From the NCBI GenBank assembly GCA_963668675.2, contig CAXXMB010000002.1:1792001-1856000 (forward strand): 64,000 nt of DNA, read 5' to 3'. Below the pieces are notes generated by a model. That model worked only from the letters and a program-made list of their open reading frames with translations. It searched no databases and was not told where the DNA came from. Positions 47,753-58,859 of this stretch are shown piece after piece. The translations under genes and the position numbers were made by a program. The stretch is from an uncultured Desulfatitalea sp. Its GTDB lineage: Bacteria; Desulfobacterota; Desulfobacteria; Desulfobacterales; Desulfosarcinaceae. Numbering within the stretch: the stretch's first letter is position 1; each line of letters starts with the position of its first letter.

Positions 47753-48115
47753 TTATTCGGCCAATGATGTCCAGTCGATTTGAGACCATCTCTGCCGGAA
47801 CGCTTCGACGGCGGCGCATAACTCGGCATAGGCGGCGTCGGCCTCATCGGCCTTGCCGCTCCGGCCGATGCTTTCCAATCTGAATGCCGCCGCACTGACG
47901 CCCCTGGCCCCCAGGTTGGCCGAAGCGCCTTTAAACTGGTGGGCACTCCGGTTAAGGAGCGCCATATCCCCATTCTTAACAGCGGTTTGGATGGGATCCA
48001 GGTAGTCGGAAAGCGTTTGCATCAGCTCATCGAACATCATTTTCAGAAAGGCGACATCACCCAGGGCCCTCTTCAATGCATCATCGATATCGATTATGGA
48101 GTTGTCTCCGGCCAT
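47753..48115 (-). CDS. Stand-alone Hpt phosphotransfer protein
   Basis: SAHQFKGASANLGA; GAGG RBS before MAGDN. Confidence 0.9.
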   Translation of the reverse strand: MAGDNSIIDIDDALKRALGDVAFLKMMFDELMQTLSDYLDPIQTAVKNGDMALLNRSAHQFKGASANLGARGVSAAAFRLESIGRSGKADEADAAYAELCAAVEAFRQRWSQIDWTSLAE

Positions 48116-48394
48116 GACCACACCTCGTTGGAATAGGGAAAGTGGTTTCAGCGACACTCTCTCCATCGCCTCTCTTTTAAGCTATATCGGCGGTTTTTGA
48201 AAAAAGTTGAGCCCCGGACGACAACCCGCCTCTTCTCAGAAGCGGCAAAAGGTGATAAAAGGTTGTTTCTTCGAATTCGACAATCAGAGGCCGGATGCGA
48301 CAGGCTATATCCGGTAAAAAGTGCCTCTTCCCATCCGGACCGCAAACGGATGCCAACCAAGAGCGAAACGACGAACGGAATTCATACCTAAGCC

Positions 48395-49183
48395 ATGCGT
48401 TTTCGTCCCTGCATCGACTTGCACAAAGGCAAAGTAAAACAGATCGTTGGCGGCTCCCTATCGGACAGCGACGAGCGCGCTGTCAAGACAAACTTCGAGA
48501 GCGGGCATCCGCCGGAGTGGTTTGCCCGGCGCTACCGTCAGGACAGGCTGGACGGAGGGCATGTGATCCAATTGGGCCCCGGCAACCGCCAGGCGGCCGA
48601 AGCGGCCCTGGAAGCATGGCCCGGCGGAATGCAGCTCGGTGGTGGCGTGAACCTTGAAAACGCCGCCCACTGGATCGACGCCGGGGCGGCGGCGGTGATC
48701 GTCACCTCCTGGGTCTTTCACGACGGATCAGTGGATATGGATCGACTCGAACGGCTGAGCCGCCACGTGGGCCCCCAGCGCCTGGTTCTCGACTTGAGCT
48801 GCCGCCGAAAGGACGATGCATACTATATCGTCACCGACCGCTGGCAGACCTTCACACGCGAACGCATCACGCACCGGCTGCTTGATCGCCTGGCGCCGTT
48901 CTGCAACGAGTACCTGATCCATGCCGTGGATGTGGAGGGGCGTTGTCAGGGCATCGAGACAGATCTGGTTGCGCTGCTAGGCCAGTGGGACAGCCTGCCC
49001 ATCACCTATGCCGGCGGGATCCACTCCCAGGCCGCTATCGACACCATTGAACATCTGGGGAGCGGACGGATCGACTTTACGGTGGGCAGCGCATTGGATA
49101 TCTTTGGTGGAAATCAATTGGTTTATCGAGAGCTGGCCCGGCAATATGGCGCCGGGAGATCCGATACGCCTTTGCAACCATAG
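48395..49183 (+). CDS. hisA: ProFAR isomerase, His6 (eukaryotic-like) type
   Basis: MRFRPCIDLHKGKVKQIVGG, GGHVIQLG, LVLDLSCR, HAVDVEG, TYAGG, TVGSALDIFGG. Confidence 0.93.
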   Translation: MRFRPCIDLHKGKVKQIVGGSLSDSDERAVKTNFESGHPPEWFARRYRQDRLDGGHVIQLGPGNRQAAEAALEAWPGGMQLGGGVNLENAAHWIDAGAAAVIVTSWVFHDGSVDMDRLERLSRHVGPQRLVLDLSCRRKDDAYYIVTDRWQTFTRERITHRLLDRLAPFCNEYLIHAVDVEGRCQGIETDLVALLGQWDSLPITYAGGIHSQAAIDTIEHLGSGRIDFTVGSALDIFGGNQLVYRELARQYGAGRSDTPLQP

Positions 49184-49243
49184 CCGTTGTGCTCTCTCAA
49201 AGAACGATTTGGGCACAACCAACGGCTTGAAAAGGAGGTACTC

Positions 49244-49918
49244 ATGAAAAAAGCAAGCACCCGATGGTTCATTCTCGTCATATGCACACTATTCGCGGTT
49301 TCTGCCTGTACGACCGTCAACCCTTACACCGGGGAAAAGCAGGCCAGCAAGGTGGCCATAGGGGCGGGTGTCGGAGCCGTCAGCGGGGCGATGATCGGAT
49401 TGATCACCGCAAAGAGCAAGCATCGGCAACGCAACGCACTCATCGGGGCGGGTGTCGGGGCCCTGGCCGGCGGCAGCATCGGCTACTATATGGATGTCCA
49501 GGAGGCCAAACTGCGTCAGAGGCTTCAAAATTCCGGTGTCAGCGTCACCCGGGCGGGCAACCAGATCGTATTGAACATGCCGGGCAATATTACATTCAAG
49601 ACCAACTCGGACGACATCAACGCCGGCTTTTACGAAGTGCTCAATTCGGTGGCCATAGTACTTAACGAGTACTCAAAAACGACCATCGACGTCATCGGCC
49701 ACACCGATAGCGTGGGCGCGGAGAGCTACAATCAGGAACTCTCCGAACGGCGGGCCCGCAGCGTGGCCGAATATCTGGCCGGTCAGAACGTGCTGACCAC
49801 GCGCCTGCTCATCGAGGGCCGGGGAGAAACCCAACCCATCGCATCCAACAGCACGCCCGAAGGCCGCGCCAGCAACCGCCGTGTCACCATCCAGATCAAT
49901 CCACTGACGCAGGGATAA
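49244..49918 (+). CDS. OmpA-family lipoprotein with glycine zipper (YiaD-like)
   Basis: Lipobox VSAC, GAGVGA repeats, GHTDSVG..YNQELSERRA, NRRV. Confidence 0.92.
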   Translation: MKKASTRWFILVICTLFAVSACTTVNPYTGEKQASKVAIGAGVGAVSGAMIGLITAKSKHRQRNALIGAGVGALAGGSIGYYMDVQEAKLRQRLQNSGVSVTRAGNQIVLNMPGNITFKTNSDDINAGFYEVLNSVAIVLNEYSKTTIDVIGHTDSVGAESYNQELSERRARSVAEYLAGQNVLTTRLLIEGRGETQPIASNSTPEGRASNRRVTIQINPLTQG

Positions 49919-50058
49919 AAAAAAAGAAGTAGGAAAGCTGAACGTCTGAAAGTACGAAAGTGAAGGTAATGAATCGATTTGATTCAGGTATCAATCCGCC
50001 CCGCAACCAGGGGTAACGCCTCCATCAAATTCGATAGAATACCACCATTTTCATACTT

Positions 50059-51246
50059 TCAGCTTTCATACCTTCCTGCTTCTTTATATACCCTCGGCAC
50101 TCGTCCGGTCAGCGCCGACACCACCTCGTAATTGATCGTGCCCAAGGTCTCGGCCACCGCATCGGCGCTGATCACTGCCCCACCCTGGTGTCCGATCAAC
50201 ACCACCTCGTCTCCTACAGCCACATTCGGAACCTCACTCACATCGATCATGGTCAAATCCATGCAGACGCGGCCGACGATGGGGACCCGACGCCCCCCCG
50301 CCAGCATAATGCCCCGGTTGGAGAGACCGCGGTTGTAACCATCGGCATAACCGGCCGGTACGGTGGCGATGGTGGCCGGGGCTGGGGTCCGATAGGTACA
50401 TCCATAACTGATGCAGGTGTCGGCCGGCACCGGCTTGACGTTGACGACCCTTGCTTTCAGGGAGAGAGCAGGCCTCAAGTCGATACGTGTGCAATCCACC
50501 TCGCCGGACGGATAGAGGCCGTAGAGCGATATGCCGGCCCGTACCATGTCCAGGTGGGTTTCGGGCATCTCCATAATCGCCCCACTGTTGGCGACGTGCC
50601 GCACGCCCGTTTCCACGCCGGCGGCGGCCAGGCGTTCCAGCAGGCGCGTGTATATCGAGAACTGGCGTTGTGCGTATTTTTTATCGGCGTGGTCGGCAGT
50701 GGCAAAATGGGTGTAGAGCCCCTGCAGAAGAAGCCCCTTGAGTTGGACAATCTGCCCTATGGTCTCAGCGACGTGTTCAATGTCACGCCCATCTCCACTA
50801 CCGCAGGGGATGCCCATCCGCCCCATGCCCGTGTCGATTTTGATATGAACAGGCAGTTGCCGTCCCATCGTCTGGGCTGCTGCTGCCAGCTCGTGGGCAC
50901 CATCCAGGGAACAGATCGTGGGAATCAGGTCGTTGTCCAGCAACTGGGGGGCGTGATCGGCCGGTGTGTAGCCAAAGATCAGGATGGGCGCTTCGATCCC
51001 GGCTTGCCGGAGAGTTAACCCCTCCTCGATGCGTGCCACGCCTAGATCGGTGGCACCGCTTTGAAGGGCAGTGCGGGCAACTTGTTCGGCGCCATGGCCG
51101 TAAGCATTGGCCTTTACGGCCACCATCAGGCGGACACCGTCATCGATGATGCCTCGGAGCGCCCGGACGTTATGGGCGATGGCCGTCAGGTCGATCTCGG
51201 CCCATATCGGATGGGGGGACTGTTGATCCGGTCGCTGCAACGGCAT
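50059..51246 (-). CDS. alr: Alanine racemase
   Basis: AVKANAYGHG, HIKIDTGMGR, GYADG, GRVCMD, TINYE. Confidence 0.96.
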   Translation of the reverse strand: MPLQRPDQQSPHPIWAEIDLTAIAHNVRALRGIIDDGVRLMVAVKANAYGHGAEQVARTALQSGATDLGVARIEEGLTLRQAGIEAPILIFGYTPADHAPQLLDNDLIPTICSLDGAHELAAAAQTMGRQLPVHIKIDTGMGRMGIPCGSGDGRDIEHVAETIGQIVQLKGLLLQGLYTHFATADHADKKYAQRQFSIYTRLLERLAAAGVETGVRHVANSGAIMEMPETHLDMVRAGISLYGLYPSGEVDCTRIDLRPALSLKARVVNVKPVPADTCISYGCTYRTPAPATIATVPAGYADGYNRGLSNRGIMLAGGRRVPIVGRVCMDLTMIDVSEVPNVAVGDEVVLIGHQGGAVISADAVAETLGTINYEVVSALTGRVPRVYKEAGRYES

Positions 51247-52359
51247 CTAAAGCACCTGCTCCACGGGGGTGTAGGCCAAACCAAAGGCCTCCGCCACCGC
51301 CGGATAGGTCACCCTGCCCTGAACGATGTTGGCGCCCAGGCGCATCTCCGGACTCTCCTTCAGCGCCCGTCGCCACCCCTTGTCGGCAAGTGCCTGGGCA
51401 TAGGGCAGCGTGGCGTTGGTCAAGGCCCGGGTGGAGGTTTTGGCCACGGCCCCGGGCATGTTGGCCACCGTGTAGTGGACGATGCCGTCCACCTCGTAAA
51501 CCGGATCGTTGTGGGTGGTCGGGCGGGAGGTTTCGAAACAGCCGCCCTGATCGATGGCCACATCCACTATCACCGCGCCAGGCTTCATGGTTTTGAGCAT
51601 ATCGCGGGTGATCAGGTGAGGCGCTTTGGCCCCCGGAATGAGCACGGCGCCGATGACCACGTCCGCCTCCGCCACCAGTTTGCGAATGACGGCAGGAGTG
51701 GACATGAGCAGGAAGCAGTTGGCCGGCATGGTGTCGTCAAGGTATCGGAGGCGCTGGAGATTATTGTCCAGCACATAGACTTTGGCTCCCAGACCGCAGG
51801 CCATTCGGGCCGCCTGGGTGCCCACCACTCCGCCGCCGATGACCACCACCGTGGCCGGATCCACCCCGGGCACGCCGCCCAACAGCACCCCACGGCCGCC
51901 ATAGGGCATCTCCAGGTATTTGGCGGCCTGTTGCACCGACATGCGGCCGGCCACTTCGCTCATGGGGGTGAGCAGCGGCAGCGACCCATCCGCCTTTCGA
52001 ATGGTCTCATAGGCGATGTCGATGGAGCCGCTGTCGATCAGGGCGCGGGTCAGGGGCTCGTTGGCCGCCAGGTGCAGGTAGGTGAAGACGATCTGATCCG
52101 GCCGAATGAGACCATACTCCTCGGCCAGCGGCTCCTTGACGTGCATCACCATTTCGGCCGCCTGGTAAATGTCGGCCGCTGTCTCTGCCAGGCGGCCGCC
52201 GGCCGCCACATAGGTCTCGTCCGGGAAACCGCTGCCCAGACCGGCACCCCGCTCCACCATCACCGTGTGACCGGCCCGCACCAGCACTTCCACACCGTCC
52301 GGCGTCATGGCCACCCGGTACTCTTCCGCTTTGATCTCTTTAAGAATGCCTACAATCAT
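51247..52359 (-). CDS. ald: Alanine dehydrogenase
   Basis: [42 protein letters not shown]. Confidence 0.96.
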   Translation of the reverse strand: MIVGILKEIKAEEYRVAMTPDGVEVLVRAGHTVMVERGAGLGSGFPDETYVAAGGRLAETAADIYQAAEMVMHVKEPLAEEYGLIRPDQIVFTYLHLAANEPLTRALIDSGSIDIAYETIRKADGSLPLLTPMSEVAGRMSVQQAAKYLEMPYGGRGVLLGGVPGVDPATVVVIGGGVVGTQAARMACGLGAKVYVLDNNLQRLRYLDDTMPANCFLLMSTPAVIRKLVAEADVVIGAVLIPGAKAPHLITRDMLKTMKPGAVIVDVAIDQGGCFETSRPTTHNDPVYEVDGIVHYTVANMPGAVAKTSTRALTNATLPYAQALADKGWRRALKESPEMRLGANIVQGRVTYPAVAEAFGLAYTPVEQVL

Positions 52360-52426
52360 GGGGGCTCCTAATATGGCTGTTTAAATGTGCTGATAAGGTA
52401 AGCACTAACCGTTGAAAGCAAAACCT

Positions 52427-52460
52427 GCGGGCGGGGGAGCGGGGAGAGCTCCCCGCCCGC
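52427..52460 (-). terminator. GC-rich stem-loop after thiolase
   Basis: GCGGGCGGGGGAGC...GCTCCCCGCCCGC followed on the minus strand by AGGTTTTGCTTT. Confidence 0.5.
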
Positions 52461-52496
52461 ACATCCGCTCAATACCGTATAATCAAGAGGGGTTTT

Positions 52497-53747
52497 CTAC
52501 AGCACCTCAAGAGCGCATGCCATGGAGACCCCGCCGCCACCGCACAGCGTCGCCAAGCCCAGATTCTTGCCCCGGCTGCGCAGCAGGTGGAGCAGAGTGA
52601 CCATGATGCGGCAGCCGGTGGCGCCCACCGGGTGCCCCAATCCGATGCCGGAACCGTTGACATTGGTGATCTCCCGGTTGAGGCCCAATTCGCGTTCGCA
52701 CCCGAGGTACTGGCCCGCAAAGGCCTCGTTGAGCTCGATCAGCTCGAAGTCCTCCAGCTTTAAGTTGCTGTTGTCGAGCAGATGCCGCACCGCGGGCACC
52801 GGCGAAAGCCCCATGACCGACGGATGGCAGGCCCCTCGCCCGATGGCCCGGATCCGCGCCAGGGGCTTCAACCCGAGCTCCTTGGCCTTGTCGGCGGACA
52901 TGATCACCATGGCGGCCGAACCATCGTTGATGCCGCTGCTGTTGCCGGCGGTCACTTTGCCGGTGTTGGGCACGAAGGCCGGTGGCAGCTTTTTCAGGTC
53001 ATCCATGGTGAGCCCGGGCCGGAAGTGCTCGTCTTTGTCGAAAACGAGTGGATCCTTCTTCCGGCGGGGGACCTCGATGGGGACGATCTCCGCCTTGAAG
53101 TCACCTTCGGTCGTGGCGCGTTCGGCGCCGTTGTGGCTGCGCAGAGCCACTTCGTCCATCTCTTCACGGGAGATGTCCAGATGCTGGGCGATAAACTCGG
53201 CCGTGTGGCCCATGATGTAAGGTTTGCCTTTGAAATAGCTCAGCGGCGGCTGACTGGCATCCACCGGGCCGTCTTCGGGATGGGGGATGATGTGCGATCC
53301 GCAGTGCAGCGCCCAGATCAGGGCATCCACAAAAGTGTGGTCCTGTAAGCGGCAGCCCCAGCGCGCCTTGGGCACCTGGTAGGCAACCCCCGACATGTGC
53401 TCCACACCGCCAGCGAGAATGATCTCCGCCATGCCGGCCTGAATCATGGCCATGCCCGAAAGAACCGCCTCCATGCCCGAGATGCAGACACGGTTGATGG
53501 TAACGGCCGGCACGGTGTCGGGAATGCCGGCCAGCAGCGCCCCCACACGGGTGACGTTGAGGGCGTCGGACGGCTCCAGGCAGCAGCCGTAGCGCACATC
53601 GTCAAGGAGGGCAGGATCGAGGCCGGCCCGATCGAGGGCCGCATTCATGGTGACGCTTGCAATGTGGGCAGCATGCTGATCGCGAAGTGAACCGCCAAAA
53701 GCGCCAATGGCCGTTCGGCATGCCGAAACGATAACGACATCTTTCAT
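52497..53747 (-). CDS. Acetyl-CoA C-acetyltransferase (thiolase)
   Basis: NRVCISG, NEAFA, GHPVGATG, LCGGGG. Confidence 0.94.
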   Translation of the reverse strand: MKDVVIVSACRTAIGAFGGSLRDQHAAHIASVTMNAALDRAGLDPALLDDVRYGCCLEPSDALNVTRVGALLAGIPDTVPAVTINRVCISGMEAVLSGMAMIQAGMAEIILAGGVEHMSGVAYQVPKARWGCRLQDHTFVDALIWALHCGSHIIPHPEDGPVDASQPPLSYFKGKPYIMGHTAEFIAQHLDISREEMDEVALRSHNGAERATTEGDFKAEIVPIEVPRRKKDPLVFDKDEHFRPGLTMDDLKKLPPAFVPNTGKVTAGNSSGINDGSAAMVIMSADKAKELGLKPLARIRAIGRGACHPSVMGLSPVPAVRHLLDNSNLKLEDFELIELNEAFAGQYLGCERELGLNREITNVNGSGIGLGHPVGATGCRIMVTLLHLLRSRGKNLGLATLCGGGGVSMACALEVL

Positions 53748-54066
53748 ATATGCTCCTTGCTGTTGGGTGGATTGGGTTCAAAGTAAACGGGGACCGGGCC
53801 GGCTATTTCTTCAAGGGAACAGGAATCAATAGAGTAGAGTTAGCCTAACGGCGAAGTTTCTGTCAAGCCGTGCTTTAAGTAAAGCCTGCAGCGTGTTTGA
53901 AATGGGATTTTAAAGTCAATGTGATGAACGAGGGCGGGTGGACTGGACGGGCGTAAAGCCCGCCCCTGCGAGGTTTGGGTATAAACGCTATTCGTGATCA
54001 TGAATGAGCCGTGCAGGGGCAGCCGCGCAAGCATCATAACCTAATGAAATTGCATCTGAAAGTGCG

Positions 54067-55914
54067 CTAACGGAGGTTTGAAATCTTCATGGCATACTGC
54101 TTGGGTTGCTCTTCGGATTCGGCAATGCGAACGTTTTGCATCTCTTTGGGAATGACAATCTTTTTGTGGGGTCCGGCAACCATGGTTTTGGTATAGACCA
54201 TACCGCTCGCCTTGACGACGGGTATGCCAGGATCGACTTTGGCAGCCTCCTCCAGAACGCCCATCTGCTCCTTGGTCGCTTCGCTCTGCTCTTCGAGCGC
54301 CTTGATCTCTTTTTCCAACTCGGCGATTTTCGCCCGGACCTGATCGTCACGGGACATGATCTGTTGGATCTGCTCGTCCAGTTCGTCGTACTTTTTGGCC
54401 AGATCGCCGATCAGCTCTTGGAGCATGCTGCATTTGGCCGGATCGCTGGCAACCGCCTCTCCGTTGAGCTTCTCTTCCAGTCGGCGCTTCTGCACCATGC
54501 ACCCGTCCTGCTCCTGTGCCGCAGATCCCAGATCGGCATCCAGTTCATCGATCCGGCCTCTCAGCACGGCAATCTCGGCCTCTGATTCGGTCTGTTTCTG
54601 CTGCATGGCGGCCAGTTCCTCTTTGGCGGCCTCCATATCCCGCTCGAACTTGAAGTCGACCCCCACGATCAGCTCGCTCGGTTTGGCGGCCTGGGTGCCA
54701 ACATCTTTTACCTGAATGCCCTTTTTGGCCGTTATCTTAGAAGCGATGATTTTACCACTGTCGATCAAACAGCGGCCATTGACTTCGATGGTGCAACCGA
54801 AGATCTCTTTATCAACCACCAAATCCCCCAACACCTCAACCGTTGAGTTGTGGATATGGCTGGCCTTGAGGTGCCCGCCCACCACAACCTTCGATTTATA
54901 GACACCGGCATCGCTGACCAGGTCTTCAGTCAACTCGATCTCGGCACTCTGGATCTCTTTGGTATTGAGACTGGCGCCTTTAACGGTATAGCCGCTGGCC
55001 ACGCCTCCATTGACCTCGATATGACCATCGAAATCGATGTTGCCGGTTTCGATGCCGATCTCCGTATCGATGGGAAGTACGCGGAACACGCCGATCCGGC
55101 CGTCTACCCCCAGTTTGGGCATGCCGCCGTTTTTGGCCACAATCTGTTTGCCGTCTTCGGAACGCCCCGCGCCTTTGGTGAATTTCAAAGGCGGTTCCTT
55201 GATCCGCGGAGGTGGCACCTCCTGACCGTAGATGTTGGTACCGGGCTTACCCGGATCGCCCCCCACCTTTTCAGCCAGCAGTTCACCCTCCTTTACCTGT
55301 GGAATATCCCCGCGGTTTTTCCAATCCATGGTGCCGTCTTCCAGCAGGGTGCCGATCCGCAAAGGATCGGTATCGAAATAGAAACGAATCTCAGGTGGGT
55401 TCCCGGGAACAGGCGGCTCACCCTGTGCTGCCACAAACGGATCCTTGGACAAGGGGTTCTTATCAAGGTAGGAGGATATCAGTTTGTCGCTGACCAGCCC
55501 GAAAACGATCTCCCGTGCAGCAATCATCCGCTTGACCTCATTGAGGGAGGGTGCGGGAACATTGTCGCCGACCGCTGCGATCGTCGCGGTCAACTTATCG
55601 CCGCTGACGGTCAGGTTCAGACACGCCTCGATGCTGGCGCCGCCATCCGGGGCACTACAGGTGTTTTCCGTTACGTCAGGAGCACTCCCCGACGGCGTGC
55701 CGTTCTGAAGCTTGAGGACTTCATCGATTTGCGGTTCAGTCATAAGTCCCATTTTGAGCAGCACCGAGCCGAGGGGCATATAGACCTTGGTGCGATTGGA
55801 AATGCAGCGCTGGATCACCAGGGCTCGTTCGATCTTCTCCCTGGTCACCATCTGTTCCTTTACTGCAATATCGCCAAACCGTTCGTCTTGGCGCTCAACA
55901 CTGGGCATCGTCAT
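54067..55914 (-). CDS. FapA/DUF342 family protein
   Basis: GTMDWKNRG, TGNIDFDG, beta-solenoid and coiled-coil region. Confidence 0.85.
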   Translation of the reverse strand: MTMPSVERQDERFGDIAVKEQMVTREKIERALVIQRCISNRTKVYMPLGSVLLKMGLMTEPQIDEVLKLQNGTPSGSAPDVTENTCSAPDGGASIEACLNLTVSGDKLTATIAAVGDNVPAPSLNEVKRMIAAREIVFGLVSDKLISSYLDKNPLSKDPFVAAQGEPPVPGNPPEIRFYFDTDPLRIGTLLEDGTMDWKNRGDIPQVKEGELLAEKVGGDPGKPGTNIYGQEVPPPRIKEPPLKFTKGAGRSEDGKQIVAKNGGMPKLGVDGRIGVFRVLPIDTEIGIETGNIDFDGHIEVNGGVASGYTVKGASLNTKEIQSAEIELTEDLVSDAGVYKSKVVVGGHLKASHIHNSTVEVLGDLVVDKEIFGCTIEVNGRCLIDSGKIIASKITAKKGIQVKDVGTQAAKPSELIVGVDFKFERDMEAAKEELAAMQQKQTESEAEIAVLRGRIDELDADLGSAAQEQDGCMVQKRRLEEKLNGEAVASDPAKCSMLQELIGDLAKKYDELDEQIQQIMSRDDQVRAKIAELEKEIKALEEQSEATKEQMGVLEEAAKVDPGIPVVKASGMVYTKTMVAGPHKKIVIPKEMQNVRIAESEEQPKQYAMKISNLR

Positions 55915-56102
55915 ATCCTTGGTGAAATTGGCTTATGATTACTATCGACCAGCAAATGCTAAACTTTAGTAAGAACAAGGGACCTCGCCCCCCGGGACGG
56001 GCCCGGGGGGTATCGTCGGAACGAAGGGAAGTCACGGAAGAGGTGATTTTTCAAACGACCTTACTTACGGATGATGGGCCTTCGTAGCACATCCGAGGTG
56101 CG

Positions 56103-56639
56103 TCAGGTCGCTTGGGCGTAAGCCTGAGGATCAAAGGGGGAACCGGTCGGGAAGGCCCGGTTACCCAACTCACGGTCCAGCATGAGCAGGGCGCTTTTGC
56201 TGCCTGTCACCATCTCCATTTCAGCGGCAATCTTGCCGCTGGTGGCCTCCTCTTCGATCTGCTCCTCGGTGAACCAGGCCAGAAGCGGCTCGGATTGATA
56301 ATCCCTCACCTCTCGGGCAATGGTTGTCAGGTTATTGATTTTCGAGGTGATAAACTGCTCATGCGCGTAAGCATCCTTCCACGCCTCGGCCGGTGAGGAC
56401 CACTGGGTCTTGAGAATCGACAGATCCATAAGCGCCACCGGCGCCCCGCGATCGATCAGGTGATCCATGAACTTCATGGCATGTATGGTCTCCTCGTGTG
56501 CCTGGGAACGCATCCAGTGGGCCATGCCGTCCATGCTGAGCGAATGAAAATAGGCGGCCATGGAGAGATAGATATAGGCGGACTCCATTTCGTTCTTGAT
56601 CTGTTCGTTTATCGCTTCGACCAATTTATCCGGAATCAT
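56103..56639 (-). CDS. ftnA: Non-heme ferritin
   Basis: NEQIKNEMESAYIYLSMA, EETIHAMK, HEQFIT, WFTEEQIEEE. Confidence 0.92.
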   Translation of the reverse strand: MIPDKLVEAINEQIKNEMESAYIYLSMAAYFHSLSMDGMAHWMRSQAHEETIHAMKFMDHLIDRGAPVALMDLSILKTQWSSPAEAWKDAYAHEQFITSKINNLTTIAREVRDYQSEPLLAWFTEEQIEEEATSGKIAAEMEMVTGSKSALLMLDRELGNRAFPTGSPFDPQAYAQAT

Positions 56640-56879
56640 TTCAATCTCCTTTATGGTTAGGTGGTTGATCGTCTATCATTAGGCAATGAAGATAAATACT
56701 GGAGTGCCGGACGGCAAGCCGGATAAGGCCAAATTGTCGATTGGTTTGGTCGGATTACCGGGAAGGGTCTTAGGCGGATTGCCGGGGAGGGGCGGAGAAC
56801 ATTACGAAATGAGTCATATGCTGAAAAAATGCCTGTCTTACGACCTGAACAATGCCCTATCGCTTCGGGCTTGCCACTA

Positions 56880-57053
56880 TCAGACCTGAATATCGAGCTG
56901 CTGGCCTATGCCCAGCGCCTGAAGAATGTCAGCCATCTGCTGCTGAACCTCCGCCATCTGCTTGAGAATTGTCGTCTGCATGGCGGTGTTGGATTCAAGC
57001 TGGCGTGCGATGCCCTTCATCGCTGAATTGGTGCTGACCGGGGAGACGTCCAT
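56880..57053 (-). CDS. YjfB-like small protein, 57 aa
   Basis: MDVSPVSTNSAMKG...TTILKQMAEVQQQMADILQALGIGQQLDIQV; AAGGA RBS; not in ORF track. Confidence 0.65.
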   Translation of the reverse strand: MDVSPVSTNSAMKGIARQLESNTAMQTTILKQMAEVQQQMADILQALGIGQQLDIQV

Positions 57054-57196
57054 GGTGCATATCCTTTCAAAAGAAAACTGCCTTTTTCATACTATCGGTC
57101 CCATAGAGAAAAACTTGAGCCCAAATCAAACTATCCAAAGCAGCCATTGCAATTGGATCGTTGACCTATATTCGGCAATTGTGAGATGAACCCCAC

Positions 57197-57688
57197 ATGA
57201 CAGATGTCTCGAACAACCATCAGCGCCACGTGGTGCTGGTAGCACCCGAAGTGCACTGGAATACCGGCAATATCGGTCGAACCTGCCTGGGTGCAGGTGC
57301 CATGCTTCACCTGATTCGTCCCCTGGGCTTTTCACTGGAGAGCCGGCAGGTCAAACGGGCGGGCCTTGATTACTGGCACAAGGTTTCCCTTTCGGTATGG
57401 GATGACTTCGACCGCTTTCTCGGTGGCATGCAACCGAGAAAAGATGAAATCGTACTGCTGACAAAAAGCGGCAGGCGACCTCACTGGCAAATGCCATATG
57501 CAAAACGGCTCTTTCTCCTGTTTGGTTCGGAGACCAGGGGGCTTCCCCAGACAATCTTAAGCCGGTTCAGCCAGCAGACCTACCACATACCCATTGCCAG
57601 AGATATCCGGTGCTTGAATCTGTCAACGGCCGTAGGCATCGCTTTGTATGAGAGCTTGCGACCCGGCCGGACCCCCCTTTCATTATGA
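57197..57688 (+). CDS. trmL: tRNA (cytidine(34)-2'-O)-methyltransferase
   Basis: PEVHWNTGNIGRTC, KRAGLDYW, FGSETRGLP, RCLNLS. Confidence 0.93.
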   Translation: MTDVSNNHQRHVVLVAPEVHWNTGNIGRTCLGAGAMLHLIRPLGFSLESRQVKRAGLDYWHKVSLSVWDDFDRFLGGMQPRKDEIVLLTKSGRRPHWQMPYAKRLFLLFGSETRGLPQTILSRFSQQTYHIPIARDIRCLNLSTAVGIALYESLRPGRTPLSL

Positions 57689-57892
57689 AACTGTTTTCCT
57701 ACTTTCTATTTCGTTTTTCTCTCAAAGTGATATAGCCGCCCGCCAATCCCTCTTTAGCCTCCAACCTTTGAAAAAACTATATTCATATGAATTTCAAATG
57801 GTTTCACAGCAACTTCGACTTCAGTGGATGTTTGGCAAGCTAATTGCTTTTTCAATCACAGAGAGGAAGTTGAAAACGAAAGGTCATATGCA

Positions 57893-58051
57893 ATGATGGA
57901 CTTTATAATAGCTGCGGTACTCTACCTGGCACTTATGTTTATTCTCTTTTTCTGTCTTTCATTTGTCACCATCGGTATCACCTATGCGGTTGCCGCATTC
58001 GTAAGGCGCTGCATGAATCGCTTTAGACCACCAAGTCTTGTTCTGAAATAG
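57893..58051 (+). CDS. Small hypothetical membrane protein
   Basis: Hydrophobic 52-aa ORF. Confidence 0.35.
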   Translation: MMDFIIAAVLYLALMFILFFCLSFVTIGITYAVAAFVRRCMNRFRPPSLVLK

Positions 58052-58320
58052 CCCAAACAGCCGCAGGACCATCCGGATGCGTAGCCGCACCTCCGGCCTG
58101 AATAACAGTCATGAAAGCGTGCTACGTGATCTCCTTTACAGCGGGATCGCACCATGCTCCACCCCACGACCCATCCCCGCATACCCTTCGCCACCAGCAA
58201 CCCCTAAAAGGGGCTTGTCAAGCGATCCATTTGTGTGCTGAAATGGATCTGTTAACGACGAGGCATACGATAGTGAATCGAATGGGCTCAAAAGTATACC
58301 GGTTAAAGGAGTGTGGCGAA

Positions 58321-58791
58321 ATGAAAAGAGCGTATATCCATAAAAAGGTGGGAATCGTCATCTTCATCAGTTTGGTGGCCACCTTTATCAGCCTCCCGGC
58401 CAGCCATGCCGAGTATCTCAATCCGGCAGTGCCAGGTGAAGGAACGGCCGCTTACTGGATGGATAAGGGGGGGCTGTACAGCACATACGGAAATTTCCCG
58501 GCTGCAATCCGCGCCTATGAAGCGTCGCTGGCGCTGGAGCCGAACAACAGCGAGGCCTACTTTGACATGGGCATCGCATACAGTGAGATGGGCGACTACC
58601 AAAACGCCCTGGAGTATATCGCAAAGGCGATCACGCTCGCTTCTGAAAACGGCCGCTACTACTATGGACGCGCCTGGACCATGATCCTCTCTGGTCGCAG
58701 CTCGGAGGCGGAGGCGGACATGGTCAAAGCAGCCAACCTCGGAGACCGTGACGCCCAGCGCTACATCCAAAGGGATGGTGCCGTCCAATAG
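58321..58791 (+). CDS. Exported TPR-repeat protein
   Basis: Signal peptide ending ASHA, three TPR-like repeats. Confidence 0.85.
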   Translation: MKRAYIHKKVGIVIFISLVATFISLPASHAEYLNPAVPGEGTAAYWMDKGGLYSTYGNFPAAIRAYEASLALEPNNSEAYFDMGIAYSEMGDYQNALEYIAKAITLASENGRYYYGRAWTMILSGRSSEAEADMVKAANLGDRDAQRYIQRDGAVQ

Positions 58792-58859
58792 CGTTCAACT
58801 CGACAGATCGCCCGGCACCTTACCCCCTCCAACAATGCCTGGAAAAGGCGGAATAGCCC

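Noticed and set aside
51061..52371. Long antisense ORF (436 aa) and similar shadow ORFs over GC-rich genes
   Set aside because: Antisense shadows of ald and other well-supported genes, caused by codon bias
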